64,000 bases of DNA from Myxococcota bacterium (lineage in GTDB: Bacteria; Myxococcota_A; UBA9160; UBA4427): contig OZ252299.1 in assembly GCA_965250285.1 (NCBI GenBank), forward strand, positions 4,992,001 to 5,056,000, read 5' to 3'. This document shows positions 1 to 9,767 of this stretch, in pieces (the first letter of the stretch is position 1; each line of letters begins with the position of its first letter). The translations under genes were made by a program, and so were the position numbers. The notes beneath the pieces are model-generated. The model did no database searches. It saw only the letters and a program-made list of their open reading frames with translations, and was not told the origin of the DNA.

Positions 1-1
1 C

Positions 2-265
2 TGCGCGCGGCCTGCGCTCGAACAGCGCGAGCCCATTGGCGGTCTCTTCGATGCGCTGATGGGCGCCGACGATCACGGCGCACCGAGCGCGCTCTCGCAG
101 GGCAACATCGGTCGGCTGACCGGAGGCGTGCTGACACGCGCCGAGTACGGCCGCCATGCCGTGCTCTGCGCGCTGGTGCGATTCCTCCATCCCGACCTGT
201 ATGACGCCGCCGAGACCGGCGTGTCGAACGGGCACGACACCGGGAGAGCGCTCGATGCCGAGTGA
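2..265 (+). CDS. C-terminal part of a probable inosine/xanthosine triphosphatase (YjjX/DUF84 family), 5'-truncated by the window edge
   Basis: Frame is open from base 2. ...QGNIGRLTGGVLTRAEYGRHAVLCALVRFLHPDLY resembles the YjjX C-terminus GAIGxxTxGxLTRxxxYxxAVxxALxxF. Confidence 0.65.
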   Translation, partial: CARPALEQREPIGGLFDALMGADDHGAPSALSQGNIGRLTGGVLTRAEYGRHAVLCALVRFLHPDLYDAAETGVSNGHDTGRALDAE

Positions 266-333
266 CTCGGTCTCGATCCCGTGTCAGGACGATCCGCTCG
301 CGTTCTCATGCGCGGGTGCCCGGAGAGTGCCCG

Positions 334-1680
334 ATGCCTAGCGATTCGAAGCCGATCGAGAGCGACGAAGATCTGCTCGCCTGGTTCCGCGCCGGTGAGA
401 CCCCCCTCGAAGACTCGAAGGTGGGCACCGAGCACGAGAAGATCGGGCTCTACGCCGACACGCTCGAGCGCGTGCCCTACGAAGGACCGCGTGGGATCGG
501 TGCGCTGCTCGAGGCGGTGCGTGAGCGCGTCGGTTGGGCGCCGATCATGGAGGGCCCGAACCTGATCGGGCTGAAGCAGGACGGCGCCTCGATCACGCTC
601 GAGCCCGGCGGTCAGATCGAGCTCTCGGGCGCGCCGCTGCGCACGGCGCGCGACACGTGTCGCGAGTTCAACGCGCACGTCGATCTGCTGAACGAAACGA
701 GCGAGTCGTTCGGGATCGTCTGGCTCGGGATCGGCGCCGATCCGGTGCATGCGGTGCCGGAGATCCCGGTCATGCCGAAGGCCCGCTACGAGATCATGCG
801 AGCGTACATGCCGAAGCGGGGCACGCTCGGTCTCGACATGATGCACGCGACCGCGACGGTGCAGGCCAACTTCGACTATGTGAACGAGGCCGACATGGCC
901 GAGAAGATGCGCATGGCGATGGGGATCGGTCCGATCGCGAGCGCGCTCTTCGCCAACTCGCCGATCGCGGCCGGGCACGAGTCGGGCTTCGTCTCGAAGC
1001 GCGTGCACGTATGGCGCGACACCGATCCGGATCGCTGCGGGATGCTCGAGTTCGTCTTCGATGAGGGCTTCGGCTACCACCGCTACCTCGAGTGGGCGCT
1101 CGACGTGCCGATGTACTTCATCGTACGCGACGGCGTGTATCGCGCGGCCCACGAGGTGACGTTCCGGCAGTTCATCGAGTCGGGCTTTCGCGGCGAGCGC
1201 GCGACGATCGCCGATTGGGACACGCACCTGACGACGCTGTTTCCCGAGGTGCGGCTCAAGCAGATCATCGAGGTCCGCGGCGCCGACAGCGTGCCCCGCG
1301 ATCTGATCTGCGCGCTGCCCGCTCTCTACAAGGGCGTGTTCTACGACGATCAGGCGCGCCGGGAGGCGATCGACCTGGTGTCGGATTGGGGCCCGGCCGA
1401 TCGCAAGGAGGCCCTCGAACGCGTCGCCCTCGAAGGGCTCGGCGCTCAGGTCGCCGGCGAACCGATCCTCGAGCGGGCACGCGCACTGGTCGAGATCTCG
1501 GCGCGCGGTCTGGATCGCCTGGTCGCGACGGGGCTCTCGGAGGAGGACGAGGACGTCTTTCTCGAGCCGCTTCGGGCGATCGTCTCAGACGGTCGGAGCC
1601 CGGGTCGGCAGATGCTCGACCTGTGGCGGGGCGAGTGGGAGGGCGACATGCGGGAGTTGATCGAGTACGCGCGATACTGA
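334..1680 (+). CDS. gshA: Glutamate--cysteine ligase (GCS2, plant/alphaproteobacterial type)
   Basis: Motifs GTEHEK, ITLEPGGQIELSG, MPKARY, ATVQANFD, LFPEVRLK and EVRGAD. ATG at 334 follows a GGAGAG RBS. Confidence 0.93.
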   Translation: MPSDSKPIESDEDLLAWFRAGETPLEDSKVGTEHEKIGLYADTLERVPYEGPRGIGALLEAVRERVGWAPIMEGPNLIGLKQDGASITLEPGGQIELSGAPLRTARDTCREFNAHVDLLNETSESFGIVWLGIGADPVHAVPEIPVMPKARYEIMRAYMPKRGTLGLDMMHATATVQANFDYVNEADMAEKMRMAMGIGPIASALFANSPIAAGHESGFVSKRVHVWRDTDPDRCGMLEFVFDEGFGYHRYLEWALDVPMYFIVRDGVYRAAHEVTFRQFIESGFRGERATIADWDTHLTTLFPEVRLKQIIEVRGADSVPRDLICALPALYKGVFYDDQARREAIDLVSDWGPADRKEALERVALEGLGAQVAGEPILERARALVEISARGLDRLVATGLSEEDEDVFLEPLRAIVSDGRSPGRQMLDLWRGEWEGDMRELIEYARY

Positions 1681-1710
1681 TAGTCTCCCGCCCCCACCCC
1701 GAGGAACCCC

Positions 1711-2271
1711 ATGCCGAATCGACCCATGAAGGTGAGCTTCGCGCTCGACGACCAGGACATCGCGTACTTCCGGTCTCGCTTTCGAAAGGCGAAGCGCGTC
1801 GCGCGCGACCAGGACGAGGGCGAAGTCATCGATCAGGCGCGCAGCCTCATCGCGTCGATTCGCGCGACGAAGAAGGCGCCGAGCTTCGTCCGCGAGTCGG
1901 TGGTCGCGATCGAAGATCTCGTCGAGCTGATCGAGGACGATCGGTACCGAGCGCCGAAGTCGGTGACGAGCAAGGTGATCGCGGCGCTGGCCTACTTCGC
2001 GAATCCCGACGACCTGATCCCCGACGAGATCCCGGTGCTCGGCTTCCTCGACGACGCGATCATGATCAAGATCGTCGAGAGCGAGTTCCGGCACGAGCTG
2101 GTCGCGTACCGCAAGTTCCGGCGCTTCGAGAAGGGCGCCGAGCAGCGCCCCTGGACGAAGGTGGCGAGCGCCAGACTGCCCGGGCGCCTCGAGGAGCAGC
2201 GCAAGAAGCTGCGGGCCGAGGTCGACCGAAAGCAGAAGGCGGACGCAGAGAAGGGCAGCGGAATCCTCTAG
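1711..2271 (+). CDS. DUF1232/YkvA-family protein
   Basis: Signature ALAYFANPDDLIPDEIPVLGFLDDA. Confidence 0.85.
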   Translation: MPNRPMKVSFALDDQDIAYFRSRFRKAKRVARDQDEGEVIDQARSLIASIRATKKAPSFVRESVVAIEDLVELIEDDRYRAPKSVTSKVIAALAYFANPDDLIPDEIPVLGFLDDAIMIKIVESEFRHELVAYRKFRRFEKGAEQRPWTKVASARLPGRLEEQRKKLRAEVDRKQKADAEKGSGIL

Positions 2272-2359
2272 GATTGTCGGGTCGGCCGCCGACGGCTCGG
2301 GGCCGAGAGGTACACCGGCAAGGCCACTTGGCACGCGCCCACGAAGGGCTGGTTTCGAC

Positions 2360-3508
2360 ATGTCGGGATCGGATCTCCCCCGCATCGTAGTGGTGGACGA
2401 CGAGGAGGCAATCCTCGAGACGATGTCGTTCACCTTCATGGACGAGTACGAGGTGCTGACGACGACCGACGCCCACGAGGCGCTGCGGCTCGTCGGCGAG
2501 AATCAGCCCGTCCACGTCGTGATCACCGATCAGCGCATGCCCGGCATGACGGGTGTCGAGCTGTTGAAGGCCGTCTACGAGCAGTACCCCGAGACCATGC
2601 GCATCATGCTGACCGGCTTCGCCGACGGCGACGCGACCCTCAAGGCGATCAACGAGGGGCATGTCTATGCGTACATCAGCAAGCCCTGGGAACCCGAAGA
2701 GCTGAAGCAGGTCGTTCGGCGAGCCACCGAGCACTCGAAGCTGGCCGCCGAGAACCGTCGACTCGTGGGCGACCTCGAGGGCGCCGTGTCGATCATGCAG
2801 GCGGTGATGGACCGACTCGAGATGGGCGCCATCGCCATCGACCGCGATCACCTGGTGCGCGCGATCAATCAGCCTGCGCTGGGTCTGCTGCGCTGCAGCG
2901 GCGCCGATCCGATCGGGCGCCCGATCGACGATCTGCTCGGCTCGGTCGGGCTCGCCGATCTCGGCGCTTCGGTGCGCGGGCTTCAGGAAGAGCACGGCAG
3001 CTTCGAAGACGTCGATCTGCGGACCGACGGCAAGGGGCATCAGATTCGAATCAGCAGCGAGAACCTGCCGAGTGAGAACGGGGGGTCGCTCGGCCGGGTC
3101 ATCCTCTTCAAGGAGATCAGCCACGAGCCGCTGCGCCGCAAGCTCGAAGAGCTCGTCGCGGGCGTGGTGAAGGGCGACGACCCGACGCGCGAGACGCTCG
3201 AGGCAACGCTCGAGTCGCTGCACTCGCTCGGCAGCGACGTCAAACAGAGCGGCATCGACTCGATCGGCATGTCGACGCTGCTCGAGCGCGTGTCTCGCAG
3301 CCAGACGGCGATCCAGAACTGGCTCGACGTCGACGATGCGCTGGTGAGCAATGACTTCCCCGACGCACAGCTGCTGATCGACCGCATGCGCGTCGCGACC
3401 CAGCGCTGGCCGTACGCCGATGAGCTGCCCGAGCCGGTGCGCGAGCTCGCCCGCCGCGTCGAGGCGTACTACGAGAGCGGGGAGAACCCGCGGCAGCGGG
3501 TGCTCTGA
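2360..3508 (+). CDS. Response regulator: REC + PAS-like domain + helical C-terminal domain
   Basis: N-terminal receiver (VVDDE, ITDQRMPGMTG, LTG, SKPW), then a PAS-like region (GAIAID...INQPALGLL). No ATPase or DNA-binding domain recognised. Confidence 0.85.
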   Translation: MSGSDLPRIVVVDDEEAILETMSFTFMDEYEVLTTTDAHEALRLVGENQPVHVVITDQRMPGMTGVELLKAVYEQYPETMRIMLTGFADGDATLKAINEGHVYAYISKPWEPEELKQVVRRATEHSKLAAENRRLVGDLEGAVSIMQAVMDRLEMGAIAIDRDHLVRAINQPALGLLRCSGADPIGRPIDDLLGSVGLADLGASVRGLQEEHGSFEDVDLRTDGKGHQIRISSENLPSENGGSLGRVILFKEISHEPLRRKLEELVAGVVKGDDPTRETLEATLESLHSLGSDVKQSGIDSIGMSTLLERVSRSQTAIQNWLDVDDALVSNDFPDAQLLIDRMRVATQRWPYADELPEPVRELARRVEAYYESGENPRQRVL

Positions 3509-5199
3509 TGGTCGAGGCGACGGCGCTCGCAGAACCGGCACCGGCGGCGGCCCAGCCCGCCGGTCTCGATCGGCTCGAGCTCCGCATCGAGCGTCTCAAG
3601 GTCACGTTCCGATTCACCTTCGCCTTTCACGCGCGCGAGGTGCGCTTCGAGCGCGACGACGGCACCGGCTTCGAGCGCGTCTTCCCCGAGACGTTCTCGT
3701 TTCACGCGCACCGACACGATCCGACCGAGCTGCTGCTGCAGCTCGAAGACCTGATCTCGAAGCCGCGGCTGATCGATCGCCGCGCCAATCGACGGGACGC
3801 CCAGCAGCTCGTGGCGCGGCTGCTGGCCGAGGCGCCGCTCTATCTGAACGAGATGACCGACTCGCTCGAGGCCTCGGGCCGCCTGCAGGGTGCGGCGCTG
3901 TCGCGCATGCACCTCGACGTCGCGCTGCTCTCGCAGATCCTCGGGCGGTTCATCCAAACCCACGATCTGCCCGACCACCGCCGGCTGCGGGTCTCGGGCT
4001 GGGTGCTCGAACGTCGCCAGCTGATCTCGCTGTCGCGCGTCATGCGAGAGCGCGTCGAGCCGGCGTATCTCGAGGCCTACGTGCGCGGCGACGTCGAGCC
4101 CGTCGATCCGAGCGACGACCCGAGCGAGAGCGGCTTCTTTCACATCGTCGAATCGGGCGAGCAGGACGCAGTCAATCGCATCATCGTGCGCATGACCGAG
4201 CGTGCGTTCTACGTGTGGCTGGGGGTGTGCCTCGACGAAGAGAACCAGGCGTTCGAGAAGGAGGGTTCGCCCTTCGAATCGCGCGAACGCGAGGTGCTCT
4301 ACGCGATTCGCAACGAGCCAGGCGAAACGGTGCGGCGGGGCGACGAGCTGGTGCCGTTCCTGCGCCGTCGCGACCGCGACTCGAAGCGGGTGCTCGGCCG
4401 GCTCGAGCGCTGGTTCCTGCGCCAGTACGACATCCCGAATGCGTCCGCGATGATCCACCACGCGGCGTATCTCGACTCGGGCGTCGACGATGGTCAGGCG
4501 TCGCTCACGTGGCACACGCAGGGGATCCACCTCGCGCTGCTGCTCGGTCTCGCTGCGCCGTTCGTCGGCGCGACCCTTGCCTACAACCGCGCGCCCGGTT
4601 TCTTCGATCTGCTCTTCTCGGCCGAGGTGTTCCTCGTGAACGCCATGGCGGTGTGGTTTCTGCTCTACCGCTTCTGCCTCAAGCGAGACCTCTCGTTCTT
4701 CCATGCCTCGGTGCCGCGGATCGCCGCCGGCATCATCGTCGGCTACCTGCCCGTGTTCCTGATCGACGAGGTCTGGGATCTCGCGAGCCGATCCGTTCTC
4801 ACGCTGACGACGCTGGTGGGTGCGATCGGGCTGGTCACGCTGCTCTACATCTATGTCGAGGTGCAGCGCAGGCTCGGTGACGCCGATCTGGCGTTTCGCC
4901 GTGCGCGGGGCCTCTTTCTGCTGGGCGTCGTGCAGGCGACGGCGGTCGGCATCGCGATGACCAGCCTCGTCGGTCAGTTCATGGTGAGCCGCAACTGGTC
5001 GCCGGGGCCGATCGAGTTGCCGATCGAGGCGCTTCGACCGAGCCTCGAGCCGATGGTCGGCGCGCTGCCTCCGATCGTGGGGGTCGAGCCCTTCTACGGG
5101 TTCCCGCCCGTGCTGCTCGTGATGACCTTCCTCTCCTTCTTCATTGGCGTGTTCCTGCAGCTGATGTGGGAGGAGTTGCCGATCACCGAGCCGCTCTAG
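3508..5199 (+). CDS. Hypothetical membrane protein (soluble helical N-half, about 6 TM segments in the C-half)
   Basis: 563-aa ORF with host-like codon usage. TGATG overlap with the upstream regulator. Several hydrophobic segments after about residue 340. Confidence 0.75.
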   Translation: MVEATALAEPAPAAAQPAGLDRLELRIERLKVTFRFTFAFHAREVRFERDDGTGFERVFPETFSFHAHRHDPTELLLQLEDLISKPRLIDRRANRRDAQQLVARLLAEAPLYLNEMTDSLEASGRLQGAALSRMHLDVALLSQILGRFIQTHDLPDHRRLRVSGWVLERRQLISLSRVMRERVEPAYLEAYVRGDVEPVDPSDDPSESGFFHIVESGEQDAVNRIIVRMTERAFYVWLGVCLDEENQAFEKEGSPFESREREVLYAIRNEPGETVRRGDELVPFLRRRDRDSKRVLGRLERWFLRQYDIPNASAMIHHAAYLDSGVDDGQASLTWHTQGIHLALLLGLAAPFVGATLAYNRAPGFFDLLFSAEVFLVNAMAVWFLLYRFCLKRDLSFFHASVPRIAAGIIVGYLPVFLIDEVWDLASRSVLTLTTLVGAIGLVTLLYIYVEVQRRLGDADLAFRRARGLFLLGVVQATAVGIAMTSLVGQFMVSRNWSPGPIELPIEALRPSLEPMVGALPPIVGVEPFYGFPPVLLVMTFLSFFIGVFLQLMWEELPITEPL

Positions 5200-5500
5200 C
5201 GCCCAGGTGCGGACGAGGCGTGAGCGACACATCCCGCCCGAATGCACTGAACCTGCACGTCCCAGCGAACGTCCGTTCTGGCGGCGCGGCTCGTATGGCG
5301 CCCCCGGCGGTGGCGATGGGATGGGGCGGTCCGTACCATGACGCCGCGCGGCGCGCTCCGGCATCGAACCCGACCCCCCTGCCCGCCCGTGCGATGGCCG
5401 CATCCCCGACTCATCGTGCCCTCAGGCGTCTGGGCACCCGATCGGGGCTCGGGGTTGGCTCGAACTTCGATGCAGGGGTGTCGAGCGGAAGGAAAGAGGA

Positions 5501-6442
5501 TTGGCCGACGAAGTCCAGCACACCAAGGTGCTCATCATCGGGAGTGGCCCGGCCGGCTACACGGCCGCGATCTACGCCGCGCGCGCGAACCTCGAGCCGA
5601 TCATGCTCGCGGGCCTGACCTTCGGTGGTCAGCTGATGATCACGACCGACGTCGAGAACTTTCCCGGCTATCCCGAAGGCGTAACGGGTCCGGCGATGAT
5701 GGAAGAGCTGCAGAAGCAGGCCGAGCGCTTCGGCACGACGATCCTCTACGAAGACGCGACCACCGTCGACTTCAGCAAGCGCCCCTTCGAGGTGGCGACC
5801 GACAGTGCGCGCTTCACGGCCGATGCCGTGATCATCGCGACCGGCGCCTCGGCGCGCTGGCTGGGGCTCGACAGCGAGAAGCGACTCACGAACTTCGGTG
5901 TGTCCGCGTGCGCCACCTGCGACGGTGCGCTCTACCGCGACAAGCCGATGGTCGTGGTGGGCGGGGGCGACACCGCAGCCGAAGAGGCGCTCTTTCTCAC
6001 GCGCTTCGCGACCAAGGTGACGATGGTGCATCGCCGCGACGAGCTGCGCGCATCGAAGATCATGGCCGACCGGGTCCTGTCGAACGACAAGATCGAGATG
6101 GCCTGGGACTCGGTCGTCGAAGAGATCATGGGTGACGACGTCGTCACCGGTGTCCGTCTCAAGGACGTGAACACGGGTGAGACGCGCGAGCTGCCCGTCG
6201 AAGCGGTCTTCATCGCGATCGGCCACAGCCCGAACACCGCGCTCTTCGAGGGTCAGATCGAGCTCGAAGAGACGGGATACATGAAGGTCGAGCCCGGCAC
6301 GACGCACACGTCGGTCGAGGGCGTCTTTGCGGCGGGCGACATCGCCGACAGCATCTACCGCCAGGCGATTACGGCAGCGGGGACGGGCTGCATGGCCGCA
6401 ATCGACGCCGAGCGGTGGTTGGCCGAGCAGGGGCTGGACTAG
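5501..6442 (+). CDS. trxB: Thioredoxin-disulfide reductase
   Basis: GSGPAG, CATCDG redox motif, GGGDTA, HRRD, and GD...YRQAITAAG. TTG start after a GAGGA RBS. Confidence 0.97.
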   Translation: MADEVQHTKVLIIGSGPAGYTAAIYAARANLEPIMLAGLTFGGQLMITTDVENFPGYPEGVTGPAMMEELQKQAERFGTTILYEDATTVDFSKRPFEVATDSARFTADAVIIATGASARWLGLDSEKRLTNFGVSACATCDGALYRDKPMVVVGGGDTAAEEALFLTRFATKVTMVHRRDELRASKIMADRVLSNDKIEMAWDSVVEEIMGDDVVTGVRLKDVNTGETRELPVEAVFIAIGHSPNTALFEGQIELEETGYMKVEPGTTHTSVEGVFAAGDIADSIYRQAITAAGTGCMAAIDAERWLAEQGLD

Positions 6443-6485
6443 ACCGGCCCCGCAAGGCGCAGTGCGAGCAGGAGCGAAGCAGTCG

Positions 6486-7565
6486 ATGGCGCTGACGAAG
6501 GGCATGCTCGAGAGGCTCACCGATCGTTCCACCGACATCGTCTGTGGGACGGATCGCAGAGGCCGCGTCACCTACTACAACGACGGGGCTTCGAAGAGCC
6601 TCGGCTACACCGAGGCCGAGATCCTCGGTGAGTTCGTCGGCCGGCTGTATCCGAGCATCGACGAGGCGCGCCGGGTGGCCGAAGCGATGCGGTCGACCGA
6701 GCACGGCGGGCCGGGCATCGTCGAGACGTTCCGTACGACCTTCCTCGCGAAGAGCGGCGAGCAGATTCCGGTCGCGATCTCGGGCACGCTGCTGCATGAC
6801 GACGACGGCAACGAGAGTGGCACGATCGGCTACGCCAAGGATCTTCGCGAAATCCTCCACAAGGATCAGCTCGCCACCCTGGGTGAGGTGGCGATCGGTC
6901 TCTCGCACGAGATCAACAATCCCCTGGCCGTCATTCTGAATCAGATCGAGCTGCTCGAAGGCGACGTCGCCGATCTCGCGGGCGAGACCGACACCTCGGT
7001 CGAGTGCGAACGCCTCGACGCCGTGCGCCGCGAGGTCGCGCGCATCACCGAGATCCTCGAGCGTCTCGGCGAGATGGTACGGACCGACACCTACGAGACG
7101 ATCAACTACGTCGGGCCCGCGCGCATGATCGACCTGCGCAGCGATCAAGCACGCACGAACCAGGATGACGGTCGTCTCAAGGGGTTGAAGATCCTGGTCG
7201 TCGATGACGACGAGGGCATCTGCCGGACGATGAAGGAGATGCTCTCTTCGGACGGCTGCATCGTGAAGACCGCGAGCGATGGCACCAAGGCGCTCGACCG
7301 GCTCTCCGTCGAGGGCTTCGACCTGATGCTCTCCGATGTCGTCATGCCGAACATGGACGGGCACGAGCTGTACCTGAGGGTGCAGGAGCTCTATCCGAAG
7401 ATGCCGGTCCTGATGATGACCGCGTTCCATTACGACAAGGATCACATCATCAAGCGCAGCCGGGTCGAAGGGCTGCAGGGCGTCATCTTCAAGAAGCCGG
7501 TCGACCCCGCGCGCCTACGCGAAGTGATCGCCGAGACGACGGGTCGCTTGGCCAGCGAAGACTGA
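6486..7565 (+). CDS. Hybrid sensor protein PAS-HisKA-REC, lacking the HATPase domain
   Basis: PAS (YYNDGASKSLGY...), H-box LSHEINNPL, then a receiver (VVDDD, SDVVMPNMDG, KKP). ATG at 6486 after GGAG. Confidence 0.85.
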   Translation: MALTKGMLERLTDRSTDIVCGTDRRGRVTYYNDGASKSLGYTEAEILGEFVGRLYPSIDEARRVAEAMRSTEHGGPGIVETFRTTFLAKSGEQIPVAISGTLLHDDDGNESGTIGYAKDLREILHKDQLATLGEVAIGLSHEINNPLAVILNQIELLEGDVADLAGETDTSVECERLDAVRREVARITEILERLGEMVRTDTYETINYVGPARMIDLRSDQARTNQDDGRLKGLKILVVDDDEGICRTMKEMLSSDGCIVKTASDGTKALDRLSVEGFDLMLSDVVMPNMDGHELYLRVQELYPKMPVLMMTAFHYDKDHIIKRSRVEGLQGVIFKKPVDPARLREVIAETTGRLASED

Positions 7566-7584
7566 ACGCCGGTCCCCCCTCCCT

Positions 7585-8436
7585 TCAGACATCGAACGAC
7601 GCACCGGGCGTGAGTCTGGGCGTGCGAGCAAGGCACACGGCGACACCGGGTCGCTCGAGGCCCGCTCGTTCGAGCGCGTCGACGCACGCAGCCAGCGTGG
7701 CGCCCGTCGTCGATACGTCGTCGACCAGCGCGACACGTGGTCGCCCCCCGAGCGCGGGGCGCGCGCGAGGGGTCACCGCGAAGGCCCCTGCCACGTTTGC
7801 TCGGCGGCCCGCGATGCCGAGGCCCTTCTGGGGGCTCGTCGCTCTCACCTTGATGAGCCAGCGCGGATGGCAACGGGCCCCGGTCGCATGGGCGAGCGCG
7901 CGGGCCCAGAGCAGGGACGCGTGGGCCACGCCTCGCCGCGGTGCGCGGCGGACCGGGACGGGGCAGATCACGTCGACGTCGTCGATTCGCTCCGCGCAGC
8001 GCAGGGCCAGCACGCGCAGCAGGGACCGCGCCGGTCCGTCGATGCCGACGAGGCCCGGTCTCGGGTACTTCACGCGGCGCACCCACTCTGCGCCCTCGCC
8101 GAGATAGAGCAGCGGAGACCAGAGCGGCCAACGCGTCCCGCGGTGCACGACGTGGCATCGCACGTCGATCAGCGAGGCGCAGCGACGGCACAGCGCCGAG
8201 GTGTACGGGGGATGGGCCTCGCCCGGGGCGATCGGCTGGGCGCATCCGAGGCAGCGGGACGGAGCCAGCAGGTCGAGCACACCGAGCCACCTCGCGCTGC
8301 TCTTCGTGTTCTTGCTGCTCGTCTCGCTCGTTCGGCTCGTCTCTTTCTTCGGGCTCGGCGGGCGCGACTGTCTCGTGTGTCTCGGCCGGGAATGCAGCGG
8401 TTCGTGCGCGGGCATGGCGACGGCTCCGCGGGACAC
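7585..8436 (-). CDS. comF: ComF-family phosphoribosyltransferase-like competence protein (start uncertain)
   Basis: CLGC/CRRC zinc pairs, RRANVAGAF, and the PRPP loop LVDDVSTTGATL. Confidence 0.85.
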   Translation of the reverse strand: MSRGAVAMPAHEPLHSRPRHTRQSRPPSPKKETSRTSETSSKNTKSSARWLGVLDLLAPSRCLGCAQPIAPGEAHPPYTSALCRRCASLIDVRCHVVHRGTRWPLWSPLLYLGEGAEWVRRVKYPRPGLVGIDGPARSLLRVLALRCAERIDDVDVICPVPVRRAPRRGVAHASLLWARALAHATGARCHPRWLIKVRATSPQKGLGIAGRRANVAGAFAVTPRARPALGGRPRVALVDDVSTTGATLAACVDALERAGLERPGVAVCLARTPRLTPGASFDV

Positions 8437-8527
8437 CGGGGCAGTGTTGCACGCGATCCGCGCGCCGTGCGCGTCAAGACCGGTCGTGATGCGGTGGCGG
8501 CGTCGCCCGCTCGCTCGGCTTTGTTGG

Positions 8528-8640
8528 CCCGCGTTCGCCCGCGTTCGCCCGCGTTCGCCCGCGTTCGGCGGGGTTCGCCCGCGTTCGCCTGGGATCGCCT
8601 GCGTTCGGCTCCGTTCGGTCGCGGGGCGCCGCGTTCGCGT
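8528..8640. repeat. Degenerate 10-bp tandem repeat (GCGTTCGCCC)n
   Basis: Three perfect GCGTTCGCCC units at 8531-8560, followed by several decayed units, between rsfS and comF. Confidence 0.85.
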
Positions 8641-8643
8641 CGC

Positions 8644-9036
8644 TCAGGCCGGTTCGGCGAGCGCCTCTGCTTCGATGCCGAGATCGGCCGTCAGGTCGAG
8701 ACGCGGGGCGTCGGCCCAGAGCCGCTCGAGGTCGAAGTGTTCGCGGGCCTCGGGGTCGAACACGTGAATGACCACGTCGTTGCCGTCGATCAGCACCCAG
8801 CGCCCGTCGTCGAGGCCCTCGTGACCGAGCAGCTCTTCACCGGCGTCGCGCAGCGCGTGAATCACCGCGTCGGCGACCGAGCGGACGTGGCGGTCGGACC
8901 GGCCCGACACCACGAGAAACGTGTCGGCGAACGAGCTGACTTCGCGCATGTCGAGCACGATCGGGTCTTCGCCCTTGAGCTCGAGCGCGGCCTCCACGAT
9001 GAGGCGCGCTTTGTCGATGCGACCGAGATCGGTCAT
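8644..9036 (-). CDS. rsfS: Ribosome silencing factor RsfS (Iojap)
   Basis: KGEDPIVLD, SGRSDRHV and WVLIDGNDVVIHVF...FDLERLW. Typical position after nadD. Confidence 0.95.
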   Translation of the reverse strand: MTDLGRIDKARLIVEAALELKGEDPIVLDMREVSSFADTFLVVSGRSDRHVRSVADAVIHALRDAGEELLGHEGLDDGRWVLIDGNDVVIHVFDPEAREHFDLERLWADAPRLDLTADLGIEAEALAEPA

Positions 9037-9767
9037 CGGGGGGTCTCCTGCGCGGTGGCCGCCGACGTGGGCGGCGAGGCTTCGGCGCTGGCGGGGCCGG
9101 GGGTGTAGCACCCGCTCTCGTGCACCGCATGGCGAATCGGTTCGGGCAGCCAGGCGTCGGCGTCGTGCCCCTCGGCGAGCGCCGCCCTGAGCTCGGATGC
9201 CGAGACGTCGACCGGGGTGATGTCGATCAGGCGAATCCACGTGTGGCCGCGCACGTGCTTCGCAGACCGTCCATCGGCCGCGACCTCGAAGTCGGAGCGG
9301 GCGACCTCGGGGATCCACTCGCCGAGATGGCCTTCGAGCAGCGGCGGCCGGGTGCAGACGGCCCACGAGCAGGCCCCGAGCAGCTCACGCGGTGCTCGCC
9401 AGGCGCCCATGTCGCGGAACGCGTCCTGGCCGACGATGAAGACGAAGTCGTCGGAGCGTCCGCCGGTCCACTCGGCCAGCGTATCGACCAGCCACGAGGG
9501 GCCGTCGCGATCGATCTCGCAGCGGCTCGTCTCGAAGCGCGGCTCGTCGGCGATGGCGGCCTCGACCCAGGCGAGCCGGAGCTCGGCTGGGGCGATGCGA
9601 TCGGCCGCAGCGACGGCGCTCGTGTCCTTGTGGGGCGGGCTCGCGTTGGGGATGAAGACGACGCGGGCGAGGCCGAGCGCATCGGCGACGTCGCGCGCGG
9701 CCTGCAGATGCCCGATGTGGATCGGGTTGAAGGTACCGCCGAACAGACCCGTCATCTGCGCCGTCAT
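9033..9767 (-). CDS. nadD: Nicotinate-nucleotide adenylyltransferase
   Basis: GLFGGTFNPIHIGH, FIVGQDAF and VSASELR. ATGA overlap with the proA stop. Confidence 0.93.
   Translation of the reverse strand: MTAQMTGLFGGTFNPIHIGHLQAARDVADALGLARVVFIPNASPPHKDTSAVAAADRIAPAELRLAWVEAAIADEPRFETSRCEIDRDGPSWLVDTLAEWTGGRSDDFVFIVGQDAFRDMGAWRAPRELLGACSWAVCTRPPLLEGHLGEWIPEVARSDFEVAADGRSAKHVRGHTWIRLIDITPVDVSASELRAALAEGHDADAWLPEPIRHAVHESGCYTPGPASAEASPPTSAATAQETPR

Noticed and set aside
2318..2345. TTGGCACG as a sigma54 -24 box upstream of the response regulator
   Set aside because: There is no TTGC at the -12 position.
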